A DNA stretch of 64,000 nt from an uncultured Methanosarcinaceae archaeon (GCA_963847185.1 CAWJYV010000010.1:288001-352000), one strand, 5' to 3'; numbered from the stretch's first letter, positions 1 through 10,558 are shown. Notes: a model not told the origin generated them from the letters alone. Numbers and translations: made by a program.

Positions 1-2
1 TC

Positions 3-1121
3 CTCCTTGATAACAGGATGGAGAAACAGATAGCTACCAGGCGCCTGAGGATCATCAAGTACAGGGGATCCAGGCATGGCACCAACGAGTATCCCTTCAT
101 GATAGAAAAAGATGGAATATCAGTTTTGCCCATCACGTCCCTGAGTCTGGAGCACGAGACTTCTACAGAAAGGATATCAACTGGTATAAAATCCCTGGAT
201 ACAATGCTTGGAGGACAGGGATACTATTGTGGTAGCACCATACTTATTTCGGGAACAGCAGGAACAGGCAAGACCAGTTTTGCAGCTGAATTTGCCAAAG
301 CTGCCTGTGACAGGGGAGAACGCTGTCTATATTTCGCATTTGAAGAATCCCCAAGCCAGATAATAAGGAACATGAGATCTATAGGCATAGACTTCCAGCC
401 CTACATAGATACCGGACTCATGAAAATCAGTGCCTTCCGGCCAATGGCTTACGGCCTTGAGATGCATTTAATAGCCATGCGTAGGCTTATAGACACATTT
501 GAACCATCCATTATAATTATAGATCCCATTTCGAACCTGACTAACGTGGGAACCCAAAGCGATGTCCAGATGACACTTACCAGGCTAATCGACTATTTGA
601 AGCTTAAAAATATTACCGCTTTATGCACCAGCTTGATAGAGCTAGAGCACGAAAACATCGAGGGAATGTATGCCCAGGGCGTGTCTTCCCTTATGGATAC
701 CTGGATCAACCTGCGCTTTTTCGAAAATAATAATGAGCGTAACCGTGGTATTTCAGTCATCAAGTCAAGGGGTATGGAGCATTCCAATCAGATCAGGGAA
801 TACCTGCTAACTGATCATGGAGTGGAGATTCAGGATGTTTACCTTGGACCTTCAGGAGGCCTGCTTATGGGCTCGGCTAGGGTTGCCCAGGAGGCTAAGG
901 ATATAGTTGAGATTACAGCTCAAAGACAGAATGTGGACCGGAGGAAGAGAGAGCTTGAGAGCAAGCTAAAATCTCTGGACGCTCAGATAACAGCGATAAA
1001 CTCTGAGTTTGAGGTGCATAAAGGAGAGCTTAATAAACTCATCTCCGAGGATGAACTCAGGACTAAGGCGCTGGCAAAGGACAGAAGTGACATGGCCCGA
1101 ATAAGAGGAGCGGACATATAA
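3..1121 (+). CDS. kaiC: Circadian clock ATPase/kinase KaiC (KaiC2-type), 5' part lies outside the window
   Basis: Frame open from position 3. End of CI (RRLRIIKYRGSRHGTNEYPF), CII Walker A GTAGTGKT, catalytic FAFEES, phosphosite region VSSLMDTW, KSRGMEHSNQIRE, C-terminal coiled coil. Confidence 0.95.
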   Translation, partial: LLDNRMEKQIATRRLRIIKYRGSRHGTNEYPFMIEKDGISVLPITSLSLEHETSTERISTGIKSLDTMLGGQGYYCGSTILISGTAGTGKTSFAAEFAKAACDRGERCLYFAFEESPSQIIRNMRSIGIDFQPYIDTGLMKISAFRPMAYGLEMHLIAMRRLIDTFEPSIIIIDPISNLTNVGTQSDVQMTLTRLIDYLKLKNITALCTSLIELEHENIEGMYAQGVSSLMDTWINLRFFENNNERNRGISVIKSRGMEHSNQIREYLLTDHGVEIQDVYLGPSGGLLMGSARVAQEAKDIVEITAQRQNVDRRKRELESKLKSLDAQITAINSEFEVHKGELNKLISEDELRTKALAKDRSDMARIRGADI

Positions 1122-1133
1122 GTGAGGAATTTT

Positions 1134-1487
1134 ATGGAAAATGTGGCACAAAATAATTTCGAGCCTGTATCAGCTCAGCCTGATGATGTGTCTGATGAGA
1201 AGACTTACACTTTAAGGTTATATGTTGCTGGACAGACAAAAAAGAGCTTGGCTGCCTTTGCCAATTTAAAAAAGATTTGTGAGGAACATCTAAAAGGAAG
1301 ATATAAAATTGAAGTTGTAGATCTCCTGGAGAACCCACAATTAGCCAAAGGAGATCAGATATTAGCAATCCCTACGCTGGTTAGAAAACTTCCACAGCCG
1401 ATTAAAAAGATCATAGGTGACCTCTCAAATACGGAGCGTGTCTTGGTAGGTCTGGACCTGCTCCCTACGGAAAGTGATACTCAATGA
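1134..1487 (+). CDS. kaiB: KaiB family protein, copy 1
   Basis: [14 protein letters not shown]...[34 protein letters not shown] at 1134 follows a GAGGA RBS. Confidence 0.95.
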   Translation: MENVAQNNFEPVSAQPDDVSDEKTYTLRLYVAGQTKKSLAAFANLKKICEEHLKGRYKIEVVDLLENPQLAKGDQILAIPTLVRKLPQPIKKIIGDLSNTERVLVGLDLLPTESDTQ

Positions 1488-1855
1488 CTGAGAACGAAGA
1501 AAACAAAGAGAATATTATTCTGAGGTTAAGGACTCTACAAAGCCTCGAAAAAACCCTGGAAAAGACAGAAAATGACAAATACGTTCTACGTCTATATGTT
1601 GCTGGGATGGGGCCCAAATCAATACAGGCAATAGACAATATTAAGCGTATACTTGAGGAGTATCTGCCTGGTAAGTACCAACTAGATATTATTGACATTT
1701 ACCAGTACCCCATTTTCGCTAAAGATGGTCAGATAGTAGCAGCTCCTACTCTCATAAAGGAACTTCCACCACCCTTGAGAAAGCTAATAGGCAGCATGTC
1801 GGATACTGAGAGGGTTCTAGTTGGAATGGATCTTTGGAAAAATAATAAAAAGTAA
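1484..1855 (+). CDS. kaiB: KaiB family protein, copy 2, with N-terminal helical extension
   Basis: [14 protein letters not shown]...[27 protein letters not shown] overlap with copy 1. Confidence 0.93.
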   Translation: MTENEENKENIILRLRTLQSLEKTLEKTENDKYVLRLYVAGMGPKSIQAIDNIKRILEEYLPGKYQLDIIDIYQYPIFAKDGQIVAAPTLIKELPPPLRKLIGSMSDTERVLVGMDLWKNNKK

Positions 1856-1862
1856 TTAACTT

Positions 1863-3152
1863 TTGGAAAATAATATAGATTATGAGAGAAACAGTATAAA
1901 TATGACTTATGAAGAGACAAAAGGTAAATGGGGGCCATTATTGGGTAAAAATCAAGCCTTAGAAGACGAAATACATGACCTGAAAGACGAGATAAAGGAT
2001 CTTAGAGCACGTCTAGCAGAAGCTGAAGAACTCAGGCGTGCCATCAATGAGGGGGACCTGGATGCACTGGTGATACCTGGTTCAAGGGGCGAGATGATTT
2101 TTACCCTGGATAGTGCAGATCGTGCATACCGTGTCCTGGTGGAGACAATGAACGAGGGCACTGCCACTATAGCATACGATGGCACAATTCTTTACTGTAA
2201 CCATCACTTTGCAGAGATCATGAATATGCCTTCACATGCCATAGTAGGTACTTCGATCTATCAATTTATTGATCCTGCAGATAGGATTAACTTTGAAACA
2301 CTTCTGGAGCAGGGAAAAGGGAAAGATGAAATTAACTTTCGGATTGAAGGGAGAGCAATTCTTCCAGTCTACCTGTCCATCAGCTCGCTGCAGGTAGAGG
2401 GATCTCCAGATGCCTGGTGTCTTGTGGTCACAGACCTGACAGAGAAAAAGAAGAATGAAGAAACTCTTGCAAATGTCGAGATCATCCGTAAAAAGGAAAT
2501 TCATCACAGGATTAAAAATAACCTGCAGGTAATATCATCCCTTCTGGACCTGCAAGCTGAGAAATTCAATAACAGAAAATGCATTGAGGAATCTGAAGTT
2601 CTTGAAGCCTTCAGGGAAAGCCAGGACAGAGTGATGTCTATTGCACTTGTTCATGAGGAATTACACGAAGGTGAAGGAGCCGATACACTTAACTTCTCAT
2701 TATATCTTAAGAAGCTCGTTGAAAACCTTTTCCAGACTTATAGGCTTGGAAATACCAATATTAAATTAAATCTGGATCTTAGAGAAAATATTTTCTTTGA
2801 TATGGATACTGCTGTCCCACTGGGGATGGTTGTAAATGAACTTGTATCTAATTCCCTCAAGTATGCATTTCCAGATATGGATAAAGGTACAATTCAAGTT
2901 AAACTCTTTAGTGAAGAGGCTAGAGACGAGCCAAATTACTGCAAGGAGCCTACTGAACCTATTGAAAAATGTACAAAGTATACAATGATAGTCTGTGATA
3001 ATGGAATTGGCATTTCTGAAGAAATTGACTTTGAAAACACAGAAACGCTTGGTCTGCAGCTTGTAAACATTCTGGTTGACCAATTAGACGGTGAGATCGA
3101 ACTTAATAGGAATAATGGAACTGAATTTGTCATAGGATTCAGTACAGAATAA
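1863..3152 (+). CDS. PAS-domain sensor histidine kinase (HisKA_2 type) with N-terminal coiled coil; start may be ATG 1902
   Basis: PAS (ETMNEG...YCNHHFAEIM), H-box KEIHHRIKNNLQ, N-box NELVSNSLKYAF, G-boxes DNGIG and TLGLQLV. Confidence 0.92.
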   Translation: MENNIDYERNSINMTYEETKGKWGPLLGKNQALEDEIHDLKDEIKDLRARLAEAEELRRAINEGDLDALVIPGSRGEMIFTLDSADRAYRVLVETMNEGTATIAYDGTILYCNHHFAEIMNMPSHAIVGTSIYQFIDPADRINFETLLEQGKGKDEINFRIEGRAILPVYLSISSLQVEGSPDAWCLVVTDLTEKKKNEETLANVEIIRKKEIHHRIKNNLQVISSLLDLQAEKFNNRKCIEESEVLEAFRESQDRVMSIALVHEELHEGEGADTLNFSLYLKKLVENLFQTYRLGNTNIKLNLDLRENIFFDMDTAVPLGMVVNELVSNSLKYAFPDMDKGTIQVKLFSEEARDEPNYCKEPTEPIEKCTKYTMIVCDNGIGISEEIDFENTETLGLQLVNILVDQLDGEIELNRNNGTEFVIGFSTE

Positions 3153-3724
3153 AAAGAGAATTAATAAAAAGACACAATTTCTCTACTTCTGTTGGTGTAA
3201 CATCCCGTATATACTTTTATTTTCCCTTGTATGAACTGTCTATAGATTCCACAGTATGTCTTATCTACTTCTTTTGTGCATGTATAAGAATCGTTTCGAT
3301 ACGCGGCACATTTCAAAGCATATTCGCATTCATTTGTCATCGATTAAGACTTAATTTCCTTCTTCTCTTACTCTTTCTGACCTTCCGCAGATGTCTTCAA
3401 AAAAATAACATTTTTCTTATTCTCGTTTTTGGAAAATTATTCGAAACTCTTCAGTTAGTATATCAACTGGAATCTCGGAATATCCGTAACCAGCCTGATT
3501 ACTTCTGCTTCAGAATATTTTTCGGTAACTGGAACCTTCGAATTTTACAAAATTCGGGATAGTTCTTTGTCAAAAAGGGCACGTGGGAGACATTCTTCAA
3601 CGTATCTCTCCCTTATATTAAAAGTAGTATTCTGGCGTTGTAGATAAAAAATGAAAGAATGGGTTTGAAATTACATATATTAGCCAGAGCTTGAATTTGC
3701 TTTAACATCCCTTTTCCTTTTACC

Positions 3725-5220
3725 TTAGTCCTTCGGGTCAAACTTTATAGCTCGATCGTACACAATCTCTGAGTAGGCTGGCCCGGTCTTTGTTGCGTTT
3801 TCCAGATAGGCTCTCCAGCCAATGAAGAGCGGCTGATCCGGTTCTATGCCGTGAACTCCCACACCGTAAGGAACCTCATAGCAGTATTGATCACCTTCGC
3901 TGCAGTTCCTGGCGAGCTTGTAGACATAGAGGTATTTCGCATTAGGACTGTTCGGGAGATATTCCTCGGCAGACCCACTGAAATCTGCATCTGTGATTGC
4001 TCTAACGCCATTCCACACATCCGCTCCATATATGGCGAAGTTCGAGTACGTTGCTTTTCCTGTAGCTACATGGTTTACTCCATAGACAATTATGAATTCA
4101 TTGGTATCATTGCCCAGAGTAATTGCCGGATCTCGCAGGAAAGGATAGTACAGCGAGGTGTTAAAGAAAGGAGGTGTAGGTGAAGAAGCAGTCTGATTTG
4201 CTGTCCATAGATAACACGCATCGTTGTTTGGACCTACTCCATTGATTCCTCTCTGGATAGCATCACTCCCTACAGGAACTGCCTGACTGATCGGAAGCTC
4301 TGTGGCATTCGACTCATTATACTTTTGGAGAATCGCATTCCTTAGCTCTTCGAGATCATCTTTAAGCTCAAACTCTGTTTGCCCGGTTCCACGGACTCTT
4401 AGCTCTGGATAATTATAAGGATCCAGCTCCGTAGATGTTGTTGGGGAGTAATCCGGAAAACAGTTGCAGGTGTATTATTTATGTAATCTTCGCCAGCCTG
4501 CGTGTCATTGAATAAGGCTGGGCGGACAAATGTAGCAAATGTATCGGAACCATTCTCCAGGCCCATGTTTAATATAGTTGAGGGAAGCACCTGGGTGTTA
4601 ATTATGCCATCCGAATACCCCGCTGATTGGGCAGCAGCCCGGATGCGTTGATCAATGCCTCTGTCGGCTGTAATGATTATTATCGTAGTTTGGTTGAAAG
4701 GATTTCCAGACGACCCGTTTGGAGTTCCTTCGGTTTTGATAACCAGGTTGTTCACTGTGTCTGCTATGTTGGAAAAAATCCATTTCCTCTCATTCCCAAT
4801 TATCCTGTGCATTATGAAATTATCGTAGCTGAAGTACCTGCATTCCGACGGTGTTCTTCCCACGAAAACAACAGCTTCATCAGGACGAAGGTTCCAGAAT
4901 GGAGTTGTATTTCCGCTCATCCCAAGCGCACTTGTTATTTTAGAGATCCGTGCATCTACTTCATAACCACTTGCCGCTGGAACAAAGAATGCCACATATT
5001 TTGTGGTTGGATTGTTTCCGTATGCAGAAGGCAATACTCCTTTCTCTAATAAACCTATTAAATCAAAGTAACCCAATTCACCTTCCTTTACGGTAAATCC
5101 GTCCTGTTCCAAAGCTTGCTGAAAAACTTCAGCTTCATACGTTTCATTCTCTGCGAGTCCAGTCCCTGTTAACACAGTGAACAAGACGCCAAGCAGTATA
5201 AGTAGCATATAATTTTTCAT
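3725..5220 (-). pseudogene. Secreted hypothetical protein, frameshifted near 4440
   Basis: Signal peptide MKNYMLLILLGVLFTVLTGTGLA. After ITP the sequence continues in another frame (TELDPYNYPELRVRGTGQTEFE...YGADVWNGVRA) into track ORF 3725..4018. Confidence 0.75.
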
Positions 5221-5892
5221 ATACCATATCCCCATTAACAAATATCTTATCAAATCTTTAGTTTTGGATGTAATGTGTCAAAATTTTGCCAGCCAGTGAG
5301 TATATTATAATGTAGTTGTAGATTATATATAACGAATAGAATAATTTATCCTTAATAATAAACAGCCTTAAATTCCGGATAAAAGGTGTGTTCTTAGTGA
5401 AAACGGCAGGATGGAAAGAGACTGGCAGAAATGGAACTGCAGATCAACAATCCAATTTTGATTTTGTTTTTCAAACAGCATCTTGGTTGAAAATATCGCT
5501 TTTTAGGTCCCCGGGCTGCTCCACGCTCGACGAAGGAGAGCGGCCTTTTCCGTAAAGTCCGAAAAAAAACTGGAATTCCTGGATTTTATCAAACTATATT
5601 ATAAATAAACCTGAACCTCAAGACTTTCTATTTTAATCAATATAAATAACAAAGTAAAGCCCAAAAAGTAATCATTCAAAAAACAAACTTCAATTTTCGA
5701 CTAAAAAAATCAGAAAGCAGATTGAAAAGCCAAAATCAAAATAATTAAAATTTCGTTATCAAGACATAAGTAGAATCAAAAGCCCAAAACCAATAAACTA
5801 TTAAGTAAGCAATCACAAACGTTAACTGTTATTTTTACCGGATTTGAATTTCTTAACAATCATATTTTTGATCGATTTTGAAAGGTGTAATC

Positions 5893-6741
5893 ATGCCCCA
5901 TATAATGGAATTAGTCGGAAAAACAAGAGTAGTCATAAAGGATGGAAAAGTCATTGAAGTCGGAGAACCTGAAGTAGGATGGTGTCCTATCTTTGCCAAG
6001 GTGCGTGGAATTCAGAAGATAACTCCTGAAGAAGTCAAGAAGAACATGGAGTTTAGAATAAGTGATTTCGGGATGTTTACTGACAAACGCAAGCTGGAAC
6101 TTGAAGATTTTGTAGGATTCGGAGCTTCAGAAGTTATGATGACAGGTCTGAGCAGAGGTTTACTTGACACAACAGTAACAGCCTGCGAAGGCGCAGGAAC
6201 AGTTATTTCCAATAATCCTACCCTTGTTCAGGGTATGGGCGGCAGGATGTCAGGTCTTGTAGAAACCGAGCCTATCGAAGGCATCATAAAAGGGATCACA
6301 GAACGCGGCGGAATTGTACTTGACCCTTCAACTGCAAAAATGGATCCTGTTGCAGGCGTGAAAAAGGCAGCTGAACTCGGTAACAAAAAGATTGCAGTAA
6401 CTGCAGCCTTTGCCGAAACCGCAAAAGAGTTACGGAAGCTTGAAGCCGAACTCGGGCTTGATTTGATAATAATTGGAGTTCACGTTACGGGCTTAAGCAA
6501 GGAAGATGCCCAGACTCTTGTCGAAAATGCAGACATTACAACCAGCTGCGCTTCAAAGTACATGAGGGATCTTGTAAAGCCTCTTGCCCAGGTAGGAACG
6601 GCAGTTCCGCTTTTTGCCCTTACCCAGAAAGGAAAGGAACTTGTGATCGAAAGAGCAAAGGATATCAAAAGTCCAATTCTGATCAATACCATGCCTCTGC
6701 CTGTTCTGCCTGAAGAAAAGCAGCCCAGAGAACTAAAGTAA
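5893..6741 (+). CDS. Methanogenesis marker protein 8 (DUF2099)
   Basis: MPHIMELVGKTRVVIKDG...WCPIF...FVGFGASE...ACEGAGTV...QGMGGRMSGL. AGGTG RBS. Confidence 0.88.
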   Translation: MPHIMELVGKTRVVIKDGKVIEVGEPEVGWCPIFAKVRGIQKITPEEVKKNMEFRISDFGMFTDKRKLELEDFVGFGASEVMMTGLSRGLLDTTVTACEGAGTVISNNPTLVQGMGGRMSGLVETEPIEGIIKGITERGGIVLDPSTAKMDPVAGVKKAAELGNKKIAVTAAFAETAKELRKLEAELGLDLIIIGVHVTGLSKEDAQTLVENADITTSCASKYMRDLVKPLAQVGTAVPLFALTQKGKELVIERAKDIKSPILINTMPLPVLPEEKQPRELK

Positions 6742-7141
6742 AAAAACAAATAAAACAGGTTTTGAAATAACTTTAAATAGGCTTTATAAGCCTCTATTAT
6801 TCTTTTTTTCATTTTTCTTTATTTCTTTTTCCTCTTTTACTTTTTTCTTTTTAGCAGTGGGCTGGGAACTTTGGTCGATAAAATATAATGATCGCAATTA
6901 GTAGGCAGTTTCTTTTTTGAGACTCCATGTTGCCAGCGCAAAGCTACCACAGTACATCACTGCAAATAGCGCAATATTGGGTTAAGAGGTAAGAAATCAA
7001 AAAATTAGGTGTAAACTCGATATGGCAAATACAAAACTTGAGAATTGAGAAGAATTCCTGTCAAAAAATGAGAAACACTTCTTAGAACTATATATAGAGA
7101 TTCACACGATTAGAGACGTATCTAAAAATAAAGGTAATTTA

Positions 7142-7426
7142 ATGGCAACAAAAGATGAAGAAATGGAAGAAATAATCAAAAAAGCAAAAGAGCAAGTATT
7201 AAACTGGTATAACCCTGAAACAGATCGTGCTTTTATAGAAACTTCTATCTGGAGTGCTTCACCAGATTATGGAGAAGGTTCAGGGAATCTTACTAAATTA
7301 TTTATCTTACAGGGAGGGGAATCTAAAGGAACTATTTTAGCGGATTACTTTAATGGTACTGTTATTGCTTATGATAGGACTTTTAGCCAAACTCGCATAT
7401 GGAGAACCATTTTTAGGGAACAATAA
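7142..7426 (+). CDS. Hypothetical protein (94 aa)
   Basis: Protein-like composition, AAGGT RBS, TATATA box upstream. Confidence 0.65.
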   Translation: MATKDEEMEEIIKKAKEQVLNWYNPETDRAFIETSIWSASPDYGEGSGNLTKLFILQGGESKGTILADYFNGTVIAYDRTFSQTRIWRTIFREQ

Positions 7427-7606
7427 CCAAATACTCAACTTATTTACTATCAACTTCCCATTTTGCTCAACATTCAGTAAGATATGTTGAGAATTTAAAA
7501 ATGAATTTTTTAGCCAGTTAACTACATAACAATTATGCTAATTTTCACGCAGGTCTTATCGCTACTTGGTACTTCAATTGCTTCCTAATTAATAATATTT
7601 CTCTCC

Positions 7607-7653
7607 AAAAATGGTATCAGAAACATGTATCTCATATTTCTGATACCATTTTT
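7607..7653 (-). terminator. Strong hairpin, probable terminator of the 25-aa peptide gene
   Basis: 17-bp perfect inverted repeat AAAAATGGTATCAGAAA / TTTCTGATACCATTTTT with T-runs on both strands, 13 bp past the stop at 7667. Confidence 0.6.
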
Positions 7654-7666
7654 TTATATAATTGAG

Positions 7667-7744
7667 TTAGGTATACACAGTTGGAATCTGAATTAGAAGA
7701 CCGTTATATATTATTGCCCTAATCAAACGCGGATCGATATACAT
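7667..7744 (-). CDS. Putative 25-aa peptide MYIDPRLIRAIIYNGLLIQIPTVYT
   Basis: GGGGAGG RBS 8 nt before ATG, upstream region paralogous to that of 8069..8146, hairpin downstream. Confidence 0.55.
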   Translation of the reverse strand: MYIDPRLIRAIIYNGLLIQIPTVYT

Positions 7745-7880
7745 ACCAATTTCCTCCCCTTCTTAGCTGCTCTTTTTCTATGTAATATTTTAAGAAGGTT
7801 AGACATTTAATATTTTGTAAGTGTAAAACGAAATTTTAAGATGTGAAAACTAGTATTACAAAAACTTGTATGGAGGCTTC
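7745..7880 (-). promoter_or_regulatory. Promoter/leader copy 1 (diverged repeat of 8147..8280)
   Basis: Minus strand: ATACAAGTTTTTGTAAT...AAAATATTAAATG...CTTAAAATATTACATAGAAAAAGAGCAGCTAAGAAGGGGAGG-ATG. Confidence 0.55.
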
Positions 7881-8068
7881 TTACTTCCAGTGCCTACATA
7901 ACCTTCTGATTAATCAACATCTTAACTCAAAATTAATCTAAAAAATAGAGTACTAAGAAACATGAAGTACATGTCTCCGATAAAGATATTTATCACAGTG
8001 CCTGATGAGTTTCTCAATCCCTTTTTAATCTATCGCGGCATTATGATTAAGTTCTAAATATAACAACT

Positions 8069-8146
8069 TCAATTTCCACGACGACAGCGGCCGGCGTTTC
8101 TACCGGGGAATGGACATCGATGATACATATGTAATGGTATAAACAT
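8069..8146 (-). CDS. Putative 25-aa peptide MFIPLHMYHRCPFPGRNAGRCRRGN
   Basis: GAGGTG RBS followed by AAGATAAT-ATG. The ORF is GC-richer than its flanks. Confidence 0.55.
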   Translation of the reverse strand: MFIPLHMYHRCPFPGRNAGRCRRGN

Positions 8147-8280
8147 ATTATCTTCACCTCATATTAACTGCTCTTTTTTTATGATGTGCTTTAAGAGTGA
8201 TATGTACTTAATTACTTTTGTGTGTTAAGATGTTACAACTTGAGAATAGACATTGCCAAAACTTATATCGTAACTTTTTA
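8147..8280 (-). promoter_or_regulatory. Promoter/leader copy 2
   Basis: Minus strand: ATATAAGTTTTGGCAAT...AAAGTAATTAAGTA...CTTAAAGCACATCATAAAAAAAAGAGCAGTTAATATGAGGTG-ATG. Confidence 0.55.
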
Positions 8281-8484
8281 ACTGAATGTTACCTTTGTAT
8301 TTACTTTTACGAGATTTACAATTTCAACTGTTATTCTATAGCGAATGTTTATGCTTCCGCTGTAAAATTTTACACTTAAAGAATTTATAAGATACTTTGT
8401 CGTCCATGTGTGCCAAACTCCGTTGTCGATCCAAGCAAATGAGACCTTCTCCACTTTAAGTATTGAGAACGCGTTGCTCTTCAT
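8278..8484 (-). pseudogene. Possible heavily decayed IS5-family transposase C-terminal fragment
   Basis: KVEKVSFAWIDNG..TTKY..YSGSINI loosely resembles the VERxFAWxxxxxR..RYE..YLGFV tail of IS5 transposases. Adjacent to a MITE. Confidence 0.3.
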
Positions 8485-8487
8485 ATA

Positions 8488-8615
8488 GAACAGATCCCAA
8501 AACTCAAACTTGCTTTTCTAAGTCCCTTATTCTAATAATCAATCTAGTTTCTGATCGTGAAAAATGATTCTAAAACTTTCTGATTTGAGAATAAAATTGG
8601 TTTTGGGATGAGCTC
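8488..8615. mobile_element. MITE-like element (~128 bp)
   Basis: Imperfect terminal inverted repeats GAACAGATCCCAAAACT ... GGTTTTGGGATGAGCTC. Related element at 23353..23483. Confidence 0.6.
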
Positions 8616-9137
8616 ATCCATAAATAGAAAAAAGAAAAAATTGCAGCGAGAATGAGGTTAGCTTTGGTATGGTTTTTCCCTTCATTTTTCCCATCCACTC
8701 AGCTTCTTTTCAGTAAAAGTCCTGCTTCAAGATACTTGATTTCAGTTTCCATTTCCGCAAGTTTCATCCAAGTAAGATAAACATCTCTTAACAGTAAATA
8801 AAATGCAATTCCAACCATCAAATAGAAAGGAAATCCAAAGTGCGTTCCGATAGCAATCAATCCCAGAAGAAGAATAGCAAGATATAAAAGCTCTTTTTTC
8901 ATATCCATCATGTCTCGCCTCAGAATCATGGCTTTAGCTTCACGGTGGCTTATATCTCCTCTTTGCACCATAAACCAAATGTCAAAATCACGTATAACCT
9001 TCGAACGTTGCATATTTCCTCACTGATTAGGAATAAATAGTCAGCATACAAACCTCGACCCCGGCTATACGGCTATATATCCATTCAAATTTATTGCACC
9101 ACTACTATATATTCCAAGTCCTGTAAGTAGTACAAAA
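8593..9137. repeat. 545-bp direct duplication, copy 1 (copy 2 at 23461..24005)
   Basis: Near-identical from AAAATTGGTTTTGGGATGAGCTCATCC to AAGTCCTGTAAGTAGTACAAAA. Confidence 0.95.
8699..9013 (-). CDS. Small two-TM hypothetical protein, copy 1; true start may be the internal MMDMKK after GAGGCGAGAC
   Basis: Hydrophobic LLYLAILLLGLIAIG and FPFYLMVGIAFYLLL. Frame is conserved in both copies. Confidence 0.6.
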   Translation of the reverse strand: MQRSKVIRDFDIWFMVQRGDISHREAKAMILRRDMMDMKKELLYLAILLLGLIAIGTHFGFPFYLMVGIAFYLLLRDVYLTWMKLAEMETEIKYLEAGLLLKRS

Positions 9138-9375
9138 CAGGACTGTTGAAGGCTCTTAGAGCAGTGTAAATCTGTCCGAATTAAAAGTAGAGAAGATCTG
9201 AAAGTGTCGCAAAGGTCATAAAACGATCGGAAATAGCCAGTACATGATTCTTATAACAAGTGGCTTTCAAAACATCCCAAACGACTTGATGGCAAGAAAT
9301 AAAGCTATGACTGAATCTGTTAATAATTTTTTAGTGGTATTTATTTACCCAAATTAGTCAAAAAGGGAAGGATGG

Positions 9376-9606
9376 TTAATATGCATACTGCCCTTCCACA
9401 TAAAAAATCTTACCTTTTTTATTTTCATCCTGAAATCGCATATTGTCCTTTTTATATGGTGTCATTTCTCCACAATGTGGACAATGTGCTACGCTGCCAT
9501 TTGTTGCTGATTCAAAAAATGATTTAGCATCTCCGAATTGAATAGGGGCGCGAAACCATCCACGACACGAAAGGCATTTAATCTCACAATTAACATATCT
9601 TACCAT
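9376..9606 (-). CDS. Small Zn-ribbon protein (76 aa)
   Basis: CLSC...CPHC, AGGTGGGG RBS. Confidence 0.75.
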   Translation of the reverse strand: MVRYVNCEIKCLSCRGWFRAPIQFGDAKSFFESATNGSVAHCPHCGEMTPYKKDNMRFQDENKKGKIFYVEGQYAY

Positions 9607-10333
9607 ATTTACCCCACCTTGGAATACTAATATGCAATGATTTGTATAAATACATTAGTATTGATTTTGGGGTTGACATTTTTTTCTTTGGTAATTTCTT
9701 GGTTTCATAAGATGTTTTCCAGAGGAATGTACTGCGAGTATTATGAAAGTTGTTTGTTTACTCAGCCATTACAAACTATGCAGGAATAGACAAGTTCTGG
9801 TCGATAAATCCCCGCTTCAATGTCAAAAAGCCAAGACCAATTATATAGCGCCGTCGCTTACTAAGGCCTTATAAAATGCTCAATATGCTTGCTCAGGAGA
9901 AGGCAGTGTAATCTGCTTCATTCAGAATTTAGAGATAGTTAAAACAGTCTTCACCTATTTACCAGAACTCCCAACATGACTTTTTTATATTATATTCTCC
10001 GAAAGTAATTTAATGTTTAACTTGCTATATTCCCATTTCTCCTGGATCAAGCTTTTAATATGAACTCTTGTATGTATATTCTCTTTTTATCTGGCAGTTC
10101 TTAATGTGCATCTGATCTTTGACAGGCAAAGTCCTCTGGATTGCTAACAACTCACCCAGAGCCTCTATACTTGATTAAAAATAGCTTTCTTGTCCCTCTT
10201 TATCCCCTCTCTTTATCCTAAAAATTCATTATTGAAGAGCTAGTTTAAAGGTACATTTAAGACGATTTGGTGGAAAATGTAAGGAAAAATAGTATTTAAC
10301 TTCATAGAATTTCCACCACATGTAATGCCAATA

Positions 10334-10404
10334 GAAGCCCAGGGTCACTGCATCCGTTCACTGTATCCCCAATACAGTCTTTTTGACCATTAAGCTCCCC
10401 AAAA
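10334..10404 (-). repeat. Structured motif, copy A
   Basis: TTGGGGAGCTTAATGGTCAAAAAGACTGTATTGGGGATACAGTGAACGGATGCAGTGACCCTGGGCTTCT. Confidence 0.8.
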
Positions 10405-10417
10405 CAATTCAGAATCT

Positions 10418-10558
10418 TCACCCATAAACCATTATTGAATCAAGTCTTGCAGTACCTATTTTTGTCCAGTATCTGCAAATGTTGCAATACTGAGTCTCGC
10501 CATCTGTATGCAGTTTCAGATTAGAGTGACATTTTGGACATATTTTTAGATGCTTCAT
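10418..10558 (-). CDS. 46-aa Zn-ribbon microprotein MKHLKICPKCHSNLKLHTDGETQYCNICRYWTKIGTARLDSIMVYG (not in track)
   Basis: Two CxxC pairs in a clean ATG..TGA frame. Confidence 0.75.
   Translation of the reverse strand: MKHLKICPKCHSNLKLHTDGETQYCNICRYWTKIGTARLDSIMVYG

Noticed and set aside
3227-3562. 111-aa plus-strand ORF, and the many short antisense ORFs inside long genes
   Set aside because: TTG start, no RBS and atypical composition; treated as shadow ORFs.
5505-5560. GC-rich patch resembling a dispersed Methanosarcina intergenic repeat
   Set aside because: Single copy in the window, and the boundaries cannot be supported.
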